A DNA stretch of 64,000 nucleotides, from contig NW_020845859.1 in the NCBI RefSeq assembly GCF_003704095.1, forward strand, positions 1 through 64,000, given 5' to 3'. The notes below the pieces were generated by a model. That model had not been told where the DNA came from and made no database searches. It saw only the letters and a list, made by a program, of their open reading frames with translations. This DNA is from Pocillopora damicornis (taxonomy: Eukaryota). Below, in pieces: positions 1 through 11,762 of this stretch (the first letter of the stretch is position 1; each line of letters begins with the position of its first letter). The translations under genes were made by a program, and so were the position numbers.

Positions 1-69
1 TCTAGAATATAATATCTCCCAGTATTCGCTTACAACCGATCGTGCGAACTTAACGAACAGTAACAATGA

Positions 70-838
70 TTAACATTTCTTACTGAACTTGCGGATTTGT
101 TTGAACGTTTTTTTACTCCAAGGCTCGAACCAATCACACAGCATGATATCAAACGGCCCAAAGTTTTTTCCACCGGTGAGGAGGTACTCGCCGTTAACGT
201 TAAGATGAACACCACAGAGTCCTCCATTGGCTGGAGTTTCTAACCGAGTTATTTCGTTTTCGTGCAATGATCCTTTGAAGGTTTTCAAAACTTTAACTGT
301 GTAGCTTGCAGGGCCAACTGACCAAGGGTCATCACTTTCAGAAATCTCTGGTCGGAAACCTCTCAAAACCTTGGCTCTGATAGCTGTTTTAGGGAAATTA
401 ATAGTAAATACAAGGCTTGACAAAGTCAACGAAGACTTCGAAAACAACTTGAAGTTAAGGTAGCGATGAAAATTTGAGAACAATAAAAATATAAGCGGTT
501 AGGCTACTAAATAAGTTTCATCATGATTGCGTCCAAAAAAAACCTTTTTTTAATGGGTATGATAAGGATTTTATGGTTTATGGACCATGCTCCTCCTCGT
601 TGAAAAGTAAATTAGAGTATTGCCAAGCCGACCAAATCAATGAGGTAGATTTGAACTAAACATTTTGAAAAATTATCTCACCGAAGTCTGCATCGCAAAA
701 CCGTTGCATGTTCCAGTATCCAAAAACATTTCCTTTCCAGCCTGCGGTTGGTGGTATCGTAGGAACTGCGCATGAGCACCCCTCACTTAAGGCTACAGCG
801 CACAACAACAGCGTCATATAAAAGATTACGGAAGCCAT
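70..838 (-). CDS. TIMP: Single-domain TIMP-like metalloproteinase inhibitor (TIMP-A), ~156 aa
   Basis: Exons 838-682 and 383-70 (GT-AG, phase 1). Signal peptide MASVIFYMTLLLCAVALSEG, then CSC..., FCDADF|AIRAKV, VLKTFKG, LETPANGGLCGV, YLLTG, MLCDWFEPW, ending KKC-stop. Six NTR cysteines. Confidence 0.9.
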
Positions 839-1682
839 GATAACTGCCTCGTATTATGGAAAAAAAAAAACAACAACAATTTCTTCCTTTTCCCGTAAAT
901 AATGATTATAACGACAGTGGTAAGAGTAACAACATTACTAATTGCTGTTTGACTGAGCTTGTTGTCAAATAACGACTTGTCAATATTCTACCGACGTTTT
1001 ATCTCAAAAAAATCATTTTACTCCCGCGAAGAAACTAATTATTAGTTTTTGTTTTTTTTTCTTTTTTCCAAGCAAGAAAAGGGATCTCGTCTTTTAGATA
1101 TCCGCTTCGTTTAAGATGTTTTGTTTCGTTTAGGACATGAAATGGACGAAACAGTTCCGGCAAAACCAAATGTTTCTTCAGTCACCAAGGCGTTCAAATG
1201 AATAACCCATGAGTTGTGACAATCATTGTGACAACAGCGCTATCTTTGAAGGAAAGCCTGTTTTCTCAAATATGGCAGCCATGACAACGGTCGTTTGGAT
1301 CTGTGGAAGTCCAAATTAGTTCTACATAATGTGTTTATTCGAGAGTACAATCTATGTGAATATTCCAGCATCTGAATTTTCGGAGGAAAAATCAAGGATC
1401 ACCTTGCTCTTAACTAGAACAAGAAAGATGGTTAATTTTAATTTTAAGATATTTCTTTCACTTGTAACGAGTGTCCGATTTGTGCTGGAATCACAATGTT
1501 GCTCTTTTAAGGTGTGTAGTACTTGATACAATAAGCACAGGAATGTTGGAGCAGTAGTTTTTGTCCGATCCCCTCCAATTTCACTGTTTTTTTAGAATAC
1601 AGTTAAAGTTAAGCTTTGTACAAAATTCTGACTAATGGAAAGATAATGATTCGAGGTTGTATTGTACAAAGAAATACTCGAT

Positions 1683-1856
1683 GAGTTGAATGCTTACGAC
1701 AACGAAAGTAATCAAAATTAGACCTGAAAAAAATTCAGGCCTGTACGGGATTTGAATCCATAACCTCTGCGATACCGGTACAGTGCTCTACCAACCCCCA
1801 GTTGCCTTGTTATCTCAGTAGTGTTCACGACTGCGAAGATCGCTTTCATATTCATT
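1683..1856 (-). mobile_element. tRNA-derived SINE-like repeat fragment
   Basis: Minus strand reads GTTGGTAGAGCACTGTACCGGTATCGCAGAGGTTATGGATTCAAATCCCGTACAGGCCTGAATTTTTT (A/B-box-like head). A related copy lies at ~40050-40435. Confidence 0.6.
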
Positions 1857-1861
1857 GTAAA

Positions 1862-2048
1862 CCAGAGCAAAAGAGAATAGGTATGCAGGTTATCTAATTT
1901 TCCTTTTTAGATCAAATTAGAATGAATCAAACTCAAAGCTAAGTTTGTTTTTAAGGTGAACCTACCTGATGTGTTCTGATCGATTTGGCGGCCTGACTCA
2001 ACTGATGGCGAGGGCGTATGTCAGATGCGGTAATAAAACCAGGTTACA
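1862..2048. repeat. Upstream segment of TIMP-A, duplicated in inverted orientation at ~8140-8315 upstream of TIMP-C
   Basis: aaaagagaataggtatgcaggttatctaatttt...gtaataaaaccagg matches the reverse complement of 8140-8315. Confidence 0.75.
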
Positions 2049-2269
2049 GTAGACCTGATGAAATTTTGTGGAATATGCGGCTCCCTATTGGCTTTCAATT
2101 ATACGTTTACTTTTTCAATTACCGTATTTTATAGAAAATAATATCTTTTTAAGTAATTATTGTTTTTTTTTTCTAGCACGAGACTCACTCATATTTTCCG
2201 GTTGCCACTTCCCATTCCTTCCACTGAAGACACCCCGGATCATCTTCCTTAGAAATTGTCACTTTGAAA

Positions 2270-2775
2270 TCTATGGCCCTTTTTCCGTGACCTCTCTCTG
2301 TTTCTCTTATTAGTGTAACCTCATTTTTTTCCTAAGGTGCATTCTACTTTTAATTGTCTTTGCATGGGTTTATCTTCACTGTTTGATTAAATTTAATCAG
2401 TTCCAAGCAATTAAGACAATACGGACCTCAAGCAAATTAAAACTGCGAAAGAAATGAGGACGCGGCCAAGCAAAAGAGCTAATGAATAGAACAGCAATTA
2501 GCGCGTGCGTTTTAAGACTTTGTACATTTTTTAACCGTTCCCGGCAAAATCAGCAAAAATTACATAGTCTGAGAACGAAAACCTCGACGGCAAGCTACTT
2601 AAAGTTTTAAAGAACTCAACGAACTCACATGCGTTATGCTGAAGTTGAGAGGGATGCCGCAAGAGACGATAGATACATTCAGCCATTCGCAAAATGTTAA
2701 CTTAAGATATAAATTAATTTTTTTTAATGGACATTTTCCTCAGCACCACTGTTCTGCCTGCCTAAGGTCCTTCCT
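2270..2775. repeat. Segment duplicated at ~5320-5760 (upstream of TIMP-A and TIMP-B), including a MITE-like element
   Basis: Shared runs: tttctcttat..aacctcattt, gcatgggttt.tcttcac..gattaaatttaatcagtt, aaacctcga.ggcaa, cagccattcgcaaaa. Confidence 0.7.
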
Positions 2776-3833
2776 TGCTTTTTTTCGCAAAAACTTTATC
2801 ACAGGCAAGTCTGCAAGTCTAAAATGTAAAACCAAATTTTAATTTAATAATTACTAACTTGAATTTGAAAGGGCGGTTTTGAAATATTACCGCTAGCTAT
2901 GTTGACTTGCAGATAAATTGCCCAATAAAAAGCGTAAAAATCGTCAGAAAAAGTTTCTTTAAAACACAAAACTTAAAACATAAATCATTGGAAACATCAT
3001 ACACACGAGAAAAGCTAATTTTTCATTAAGTTAAAACTGTATCTCCGATGAGAAAAAAAAACTGCTTCTTGGGGATTTACAAGCAACCAAATAATTGCAA
3101 GTAAGTTCCTAAAACGTTTCCGAGACGTTACCAAGCATCTTATGTCCAAAGTTCTCCTCTCATGTTAATTGAGTCTCCCAGTTCAATCAGCAACAATGAC
3201 TGAGGGGGGTGGGAGGGGGAGTGAATAGTAAAAAGAAAACCCTTCGTCAAAAGTGAAACCACCACCTTGATAAACCCGGTTATTGTGACGACCACGTTAT
3301 TATTTGAAGATATCAATGGTTTTTATGTTTCTCGCTCATTTAAACTCACAGGCTTATTCTTGTTTGCTGGAAATAGCTTTTGCCATAACTTGGCCACAAT
3401 TGTGGCCGTTTATTTGCTAACAACTTGACTGAATTACATTTTATGAAATAATTCAAATAGTACGCGCGCTCTGATTGGCCATAAAACCATTTTACATGAG
3501 CGTATGTAAACACGGTTTTCGTTCCTCTTTCGTTAGTTATTTTATAAAAGAAATGTAAAATGGTTTCCGTATTTACATAGCCTGATGTAAACACTTGGGA
3601 GGTTGGGAGAACACTCGATAAGCTGAAAACCACTCCGCTTCGCGACGTGGTTTCCTACGCTTATCTTGTGTTATGTACGTTATGTGGTGCCGAAAGAGAC
3701 GATAAATTTAGAGTAGGTGACCTTAAAACATTTCCACCAGTTGGTTTCACAGGCAGATAGATTACCCAATGAAAAGCGTCAAACTCTTTTACATTCAGGA
3801 TGACGTCATTTTTCGCATAAGATAATCTCTCTG

Positions 3834-3906
3834 CCCCCTTACCCTTACACTTACCCCCTCTCCCTTAACCTCACCCCCTCCCCCCTACCCTCACCCCCTC
3901 CCCCAT
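3834..3906. repeat. C-rich low-complexity tandem repeat (cctcaccccctcccc-like)
   Basis: Direct inspection. Confidence 0.7.
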
Positions 3907-4082
3907 TCCAACCCAAGAAACGATGACGAGCCTTTACGAGTTATGCACGCTTTATTCTCACCATCTGATAAAATAAATAGTTAAAAAAAACCAGGTCAAG
4001 AGCTATTGAACTTGCTTAAATTGAATATCTTCCACTATTCGCCTGCAACCGATCGAGCGAACTTAACTTAAAATAACAATAA

Positions 4083-5010
4083 TCAACATTTCTTCTGGGC
4101 TTCGCGGATTTTTTTCCTCGTTTCATCTTTCCAAAGCTCATGCCAGTCACACTGCCAGATTTCCAGCTGACCTTCGCCTTTTTTACCCGTCAGGAGATAA
4201 GTTTCTTTGACGTTAAGCTTCACCTTACAGAAATTTTCAATTCCATTGGTTGGGGTTTTGAGTTCAACAATTTCCTTTTCATCAAACGTTCCTTTAAAGG
4301 TTCTCAAAACTTTAATTATGTAGACCACTGGGCCAACCGACAGAGGGTCGTCATCTTTGGTTGGGACCTCTTCAAAATCTTGGCTCTGATAGCTGTTGAA
4401 AAGAAGTTAAAAGTACCGCAATAAAAATGTTGCACAGAAAGTGACTTTTCAAAATCGCAGCCACGTGGTGCGTCGTGGTGATGCGCGAGGAGCGAAGACT
4501 TTGAACGCACAAAACAACTCGGGAAAGTAGTGTTCTACAAACAGTTGACCATTTGTGATTGTCGGTAGCATGGATTGTTTATGTGGCTCGAATTAAAATG
4601 CAAACAATGGGAGAGTAAAGGGAGTTTTTATGCCGCAAGGAAGTGGACAGACCACTAAGAAAGTTGTAAAATGGTGCGTACGCGAATTGCCAGGTTACTC
4701 TTTAGAATTTCCAAAAGCTTTTTTAATGGCTGCGACAAAATTCTTTTTTTATTTTTTTGGAGCATGCTCCTCCTCTGCGAAATGGAGATCAGATTAATGC
4801 CAAACTGACCGAGTGAATGATTTTGATTGAAACTAAATGATTTCAAAGTAGAATCTCACTGTAGTCTGCGGCGCATAAACGAAACTTGTTCCAGTACTCA
4901 TAAACGTCTCTCTCCTAGTCTTCCGGTAGTGGTGGGAGTAGACACGGACACTCCTCACTTAAGGCAACAGTGAACAACAACAGCGTTATATAACAGAGTA
5001 TGGAAGCCAT
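4083..5010 (-). pseudogene. TIMP-like pseudogene (TIMP-B)
   Basis: Exon 1 (5010-4860) reads MASILCYITLLLFTVALSEE-CPCLLPPLPED*ERDVYEYWNKFRLCAADY, with TAG at 4917-4915 where paralogs have TGG. Exon 2 (4392-4083) has a frameshifting ~10-nt deletion near 4355. The downstream frame gives DDPLSVGPVVYIIKVLRTFKG...FCKV..YLLTG..QCDW..KKC. Confidence 0.88.
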
Positions 5011-8000
5011 GATACCTATTTTGTATTATAGAAAAAATATTAGCAAAGTTTGGAATACTTTGTACAAATGCTTACCTTTATGAGGGCGATGGTGTTGCGA
5101 TTTTCAGTTTTTGTCGTGACGCCTGAGATCAGTTATTGCGGTCCGAAATCTACGCTTTTTGTAGGTGTGGGTGGGTGGAAGCTAAGAACCTTGTTCCCTC
5201 TCAAAAGAATTCGAGGTAACGAGTAGGTCTCTATGAGGCAATGGATTTTACGGCTAGGAGAGGAAAATTTTTACACTTAACATTCTCCACAATTAACGAA
5301 TGAAAATTCGACGCTCATTAAAGCCCCGTTTTTCGTGCATGACACTCTCCGTTTCTCTTATCACTAGAACCTCATTTCTTTGCTGAAGTACATTCTATTT
5401 TTTAACTGTCTTCGCATGGGTTTGTCTTCACCGATTGATTAAATTTAATCAGTTTCAAGTGATGTAGGCAAAGGGACCTTAAGCAAACCAAGACGACGAT
5501 GAGAAGGTGGCCAAATTAAAGATCCAATGGGTAAAACAATATCTTCGCACGTGCGTTTTAGAATTTTATTTATCCTCTGTAAAATAACAACGTGAAAACA
5601 CCAACATTTGCGCGTCCTGTGAACGGAAACCTCGATGGCAAATCATTAAAGTTCACACTTGATATGCTGAAATTGAGGCGTGGCGCCATAAGAGACAATA
5701 AATACATACAGCCATTCGCAAAATTCTTACTAAAATTGTATTTTTGAACGCATTTTAAACGTGTATTTAGAACGCACTTTGAACCCGCTTTGAACAGGTT
5801 TACATCAATGCGCCCGATGATTAATAAGGGGTCTCGTGCCACTCTATTCTTCGACGAAATGCAGAACTGAAACCATTCGCGACTCGCTGGTACTCCTCCT
5901 GTGAGATACGAGTTTTTTTCCTGTACGTCTAGAACACTGAATACAGATCTGGTAATCTATGTTTAAGAATTTGAGTGGAAACAAAGATTCTTCACAGCGT
6001 ACATCTTTACCTGCGCTGGATACTTCATTTGTCGTTCGTTCTCGTTGTATTAATCCTCAGGGATAAATAGTGGTATTATCAGATGTACGTAAGACGCACT
6101 GATATTCTTACCTTCATTTAAAAGTTCCTGCCTGGAAGAATCTTGATTTCATGAACTTCCGTTTTCTCAAACGGTTCGAACAAATAGCGGCTAAGTCCTT
6201 TTGCAACTTTTTCCCTTCTCTTTCACGTTCCCAACCACTTCTATCGCGATAAATTCCCCATTTTAACTATGAACACAGGTATAGCGAACGTCTGAAGTCA
6301 AACAATTATGTAATATCTCAGCACTGAGATATTAACTTTTTTCACGACACCTGTGTTGTCGTTATAGTATATTCCTTTACAGTTATCATCTCTGAATAGC
6401 TGTACCAAAACGCGACCTATTTACAGGTTCAGCTCATTATTTTACAGCATGCAGTTCTTTGAAAATTGTGTTTATCAATCAAAAGTCTATTTAACAATTA
6501 CCTATTGCCTAAGCGCAACATCTACGTTTAAGCATTTTTCTTTTTAAACTCGTGGATACTCTTGAACGGTGAAGCGCCAAGCGATTTCCAATGCTAAGAA
6601 GTCTAATAGTAAATTTTGTAAAATTTGCCGCAGGATTGAGACAACAGTAAATCAAAATTTCGATCAGAGTTTTCGATCTCGTGTTGACAAGGGCTGTCTC
6701 AGGTTTGAAACTTCTTGAGCGACTGAGAGTTTTTCCTTAAATTTGGTTCATTAAAAGCGAAGAGGGAGACTTTCATAGAACTCCGAGAGACATCTTTTTT
6801 TTTAAAAAAATACATTAGGTAAGGAAGAAGCTACCATGATTTGAGTAATTTCAAACTCTCGAAGTGTCGATACCATAATTCTTCCGTCGCCAGTAAAAAA
6901 ATCACGATACATTCTTTACCTTTCCTTAATTTGTATTATTACTGTACTGATTTTCACGAAAAGCCAGAATTTCTCTGACCTGTATCTAAACATGATATCC
7001 TCACCTTGCGCAGTGAATAAATCATTTACATCTTCTCACATGGAGGTAACAATGTTGATATGGCAACCTTGTTTATCAACGTAGCGGTTTTCTTTTCACT
7101 GAGAGTTTTTTTGGTTTTGTTTTTTTGTTTGTTTTTTTTTTACACTATTTTTCTACGAACATTACCAAGCACCATAACTATGAGCTTCAGTGGTGTACTA
7201 TAATTGAGGAAATATCAGTATCTGATATGCGAAAAAAAGTACACAAATCACTCAAAAACCTCTCTCATCTTTCCGCTACCCTCCTCAATTGATGCCGATT
7301 GAATTGAAGACTGAATTATCATAAAAAAAAGAAACCTCTAGGAATGAGTTGCAAGGCAACGTTTTGGAACTTTCTGGAAACTATTTGGTTGCTTGTAAAT
7401 TCTCAGTCAGGCATTCTGTTCTCATCTGAAGTTTATTTTTAACATATTTAGATTTAAGCCTTCCTCGCGTGTATTATAATTCCATTGATTTGTATCTTTA
7501 GTTTTATGCTCTAACGAAACTTTTTCAAAAGGTTTTTACACTTTTTCGTCGGCAATTCATTTGTACGTTAACACTGCTGGTGGTGTCGTCTTAAAATCGC
7601 CGTTTGCAAATTGACACTTATTAAATTTTAGGTTAAGTTTAATTTGATTTAAAATTCACATCTTCGACCTCCTCAGATGGAATTTTCGCGGCGAACGAAA
7701 ACGTCGATGTGCACATGGTTATGTCTACATTATTTGAAACTGGTCAAATTTAATCAATCAGTGAAGAGAAACCCATACGAAGACAATTAAAAGTAGATTG
7801 CACCTAAGCAGAAAAATGGGGCTCCATAAGAGAAACCGAGAGATTTCATAGAGAAAAAAAAAGGGGGCTTTAACTTTCATAAGGGAAATCTTAAAGGTGC
7901 GACGATTTCCCTTCAAAAGCGAGGTTACAATATATGAAATGAGTGTAATATATTTTATAATATTTGCCTTCATGTTGGAGTTATGTGGAGCGGTAACTGA

Positions 8001-8988
8001 ACAGATATGATCATAAATTGGTCTCATGCCGGAAAGAAAAAAGAATGTTATTTTCTTAAAAAAAACGGTAATTAAAAAAGTAAACACAATATCGACAGCC
8101 AAAAGGGAGCCGCATATTCCAGCACATTTTATCAGGCCTATTGTGACTTGGTTTTATTACTGCACCTCGTTGATGAGTTGGGTCAGACCGCCAAATTCAC
8201 CAGAACAGATCAGGTAAGTTGACCTTGAAACAAGCTTAGCTTTACGTTGTTATGATCTTATTTGATCCAAAACAGAAAATTAGATAACCTGCATATTTAT
8301 TCTCTTTTGTTTTGCTTTGATTGGTCGAGTGAAGAGGCTATCAAAAACAGGAAAACTTTCGGAAGGATACCAGGTTAGCGGAATAGTTATCTTTGAACAA
8401 CAATTTTTTTGGTACAATCCTAACCTTTATATTTTCTTTACATCGGCATAACGGCCGACTTCAAACGTTACTTGTTATTTGCCCGCACATTTAGGGCCTG
8501 TTAAAAAACCGAAAAATTGGCCGAAATTTCCACTCGTAAAAACTAAGAGAAAATAATGGGCTCAAGGTCCCTTGCGAAAATCAGATCAATATGTCGCTAG
8601 AGAAAAACGCTAGAATTCTGAAGATAACAATCCCATTTGATCTGGAGAGTGAGGCCGCTAAGATCTCTCATCAAATCAAAAATTGATAGAAAAACAACAA
8701 CAACGAAAAAGACCAAAACCGAAAAATCGTTAGATTTTAAGGGCAAACAGTAATCTCATAAATCAGGATTCAAAATCTAATGTCACTTTCTTGGTGGTAA
8801 AGTTATGTGCACAATAGATTAGAACAGACTACAGACTCTTAAAAACAGATTAGTAAGCGCTTGAGAAGAATCTGATTTGTCTACGGTAACTCCTTCCATG
8901 CAACGCTGGGCTGGTGATTTGAAATTGGCGTCAGTGCTTAGCATCCGAAGTGATGCGTTCCATTACTATTTGAAAAAAGGTCAATAAT

Positions 8989-9200
8989 TTAACCTTTTAT
9001 CTCCTACGATTGACCAAGAGATCATTTCTCCTTACAATATCAATACAGTATCAAGCATAGAATTGATGAGAATAAAGAAAAATATCAATGCGGGGATTGT
9101 TAGTTGATCCAATACCAAATTCTCCAAATTGACATCATAAGAGTTGTATGGCAGACAGTAAGGAGAATTACTAATAAGATCTTGGAAGTTAAAGGGTTAA
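8989..9200 (+). mobile_element. piggyBac-type non-autonomous MITE (~210 bp)
   Basis: TTAA-CC(T)TTT...AAAGGG-TTAA termini. Internal sequence is shared with several other copies in the window. Confidence 0.8.
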
Positions 9201-9289
9201 AAGTGATGAAACGCGTTGACTATTCTGCATTGTCTTTGTCGTTAATTTTGAGAATATTTGCAAGCGTTCAACTCACCATGTATTTATTT

Positions 9290-9487
9290 TTAACCCTTTA
9301 ACTCCCAGACTAAATTTGTAATTCTCCTTACTATCAACCATACAATTCTTATAAAGTTAGTTTTAAGAACTGAGTATTGGATCAACTAATTATCACCAAG
9401 TTGATATTTTTCTTTATTCTCATCACTTATCTGGTTGATATTGTATTGATATTCTGTCTTGGTCACTCATGGGAGTTTAAGGGTTAA
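9290..9487 (-). mobile_element. piggyBac-type MITE, inverted copy
   Basis: TTAACCCTTTAACTCCC...GGGAGTTTAAGGGTTAA; interior is the reverse complement of 8989-9200. Confidence 0.85.
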
Positions 9488-9873
9488 GATACGACGTCGA
9501 CTCATTATCTTTACACTAATCAAGGTGCTGGAATATTCATATAGATTGTACTCTAGAATAAACATTATATGAAAAACAAATTTGGACCTCCGCTGATGTA
9601 GCTTGTTGTTGTGGCCGCCATATCTAAAAAAAAAAAAGTCTTTCCTTTGAAATTCACGCTGTCCTATAGTAACTGTGATAATTCGTGGGTCATTCATCTG
9701 AGCAAAACGTTTTACACGAAGTGATATCCAAGTCGGTTATAACCAGAGAGACGAGATCATTTGCCTTACTTATAAAAGAAAAAAGTTAAACAACTAATGT
9801 TATAAATATTGTAAATAATATTATAAGAAGAGCTGAAAAAATTGATATTATTTTCTTCTGTCAGACTGTTATC

Positions 9874-11039
9874 ATGACTTCCATACTCTGTTACATGACG
9901 CTGTTGTTGTGCGCTGTGGCCTTAAGTGAAGGGTGCTCTTGCGCTGAGCCGGTACCACCATCAGACTGGAAAGGAAATGCTTATGAGTACTGGAACAAAC
10001 AACGATTATGCGCTGCAGACTACGGTGAGATTCCATTTTGAAATTGTTTAGTGTTAAATCAACCTCATTGACTTGGTCGACTTGGCAGGTATTAGTCTAC
10101 ATTTCTCAGAGAAAGAGCATGCTCCAAAAACCTTTTTTTTTTTAACGCAGCCATTAAAAAGCCTATTAAAAATATGACGTCGAGCGTATTTGAAGACTCC
10201 AAAGAGTAACCTGGCATTTGCGGACGCCACCATTTTGAAACCTACTTAGTAACCTGGCCGCTCACTTAAGACTTAATACTCTTCAAACCATTATTTTTTT
10301 GATATCTTTTAACGATGTATTTGAACAACCTAGACCTGCTTAAACAGACAGTCTCTATTCCTACGACCATCTTTAATTTGCTGTGACCAGAGCATCAACT
10401 GTTGAGATTTTGCGTGTATAGCCAGCTGGGCTCTGAGCTGTTTTCACAATGGTTGATAGCATAATCAGCTAAATATTGTATCTCCTTTCCATAAAATTTT
10501 CAAAGGAAAAGGTTTCATTTTCTTTAAAGATGCACAAAATCCTATAGAGCTAACGCAAATTTGATTTCAATCGATGCTTGCCTTGTTCACAAATTGTCAT
10601 CGCCAACTTTATTCCGGCAAGGTCTCAAATTAATGCTTCGTTATTTTTGTTACACCCTTCCTGAGTTGCAGGAATTTACTCGTAGACCCATTCCTGTGCC
10701 TCATTTTACTACGTTACTTTTATTTTTCTTACAACAGCTATCAAAGGCAAGGTTTTGGAAAGATCGGATGACCCTTTGTCGGTTGGCTCAGTGATCTACA
10801 AAATCAAAGTTACGCAATCCTTTATAGGACCGTTTGACGAAAAAGAAATTGTTGAGCTCAAAACCAAGGCCGATGAAGCGCAGTGTGGTGTACACCTTAA
10901 CCTCGAAGGAACACAAAACATTTACCTCCTGACCGGTGGAAACAGCAATGGTCAATTGGAAATCGAGCTGTGCGGCTGGTATGAGCCATGGAAAGATGAT
11001 ACCAGGGAGAAAATTCGCAAAGCCTTGAAGAAATGCTAA
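9874..11039 (+). CDS. TIMP: Single-domain TIMP-like inhibitor (TIMP-C), ~150 aa
   Basis: Exons 9874-10024 and 10738-11039. MTSILCYMTLLLCAVALSEG-CSCAEPVPPSDWKGNAYEYWNKQRLCAADY|AIKGKV...QCGVHL..YLLTG..LCGWYEPW..KKC-stop. Frame intact. Confidence 0.9.
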
Positions 11040-11635
11040 TCATTGTTACTGTTGATTCACTTCGCTCGCTCGATTATAAGCGAACAATGGGAGATATGGT
11101 GTTATAGAATGGTTCATGAGCACTTTGAAGTGGTCTGTAGAACAATTCATTTTGTCAAATGTTGGTAATAAAGCGAGTACAAAACCTAACATCTCTTAAC
11201 TGTTTCTTGGAGTAGNNNNNNNNNNNNNNNNNNNNNNNNNNNNNNNNNNNNNNNNNNNNNNNNNNNNNNNNNNNNNNNNNNNNNNNNNNNNNNNNNNNNN
11301 NNNNNNNNNNNNAACTGGCGGTGACGTTTTAAAGCCGTCTATTGCAAATTAACACTAAGTTAATGAACTAACTCACAGCTTAGACCTCCTCGGATGGAGC
11401 TTTTGCGGAAGAAACGTCGATGGTGATAGCTACATTACTTGAAACTGATTACCGTATGATTCGATTTAACACCCTCGTTCTAGTAAGCGCCCCCTCTGAA
11501 GTCAGCGCTCTCCCAACCTCCCCTCCCCCCCTGCATGTGCATTGAAATCAACCGTTAGGTAGTTCATCTTTATTTAAGTGCTCACTTTTAAAAAGCCTCA
11601 TCACAAATACATTGGTCTTTGTATCAGTCTCTCAC

Positions 11636-11762
11636 TTATTATAATTATTATTATTATGGTTATCATTATTATTATTATTGTTATCATCATTTTTATTACT
11701 GTTATCATCATTATTATTATTGTTATCATCATTATTATTATTGTTATCATCATTATTATTAT
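11636..11762. repeat. (ATT/ATC)n microsatellite
   Basis: Trinucleotide run; explains the poly-Ile and poly-Tyr ORFs. Confidence 0.95.

Noticed and set aside
1730-1800. tRNA gene
   Set aside because: Only A/B-box-like fragments with no full cloverleaf; part of a repeated SINE-like element.
4915-4917. Stop-codon readthrough or selenocysteine in TIMP-B
   Set aside because: The codon is TAG at a Trp position, and a second, independent frameshift exists.
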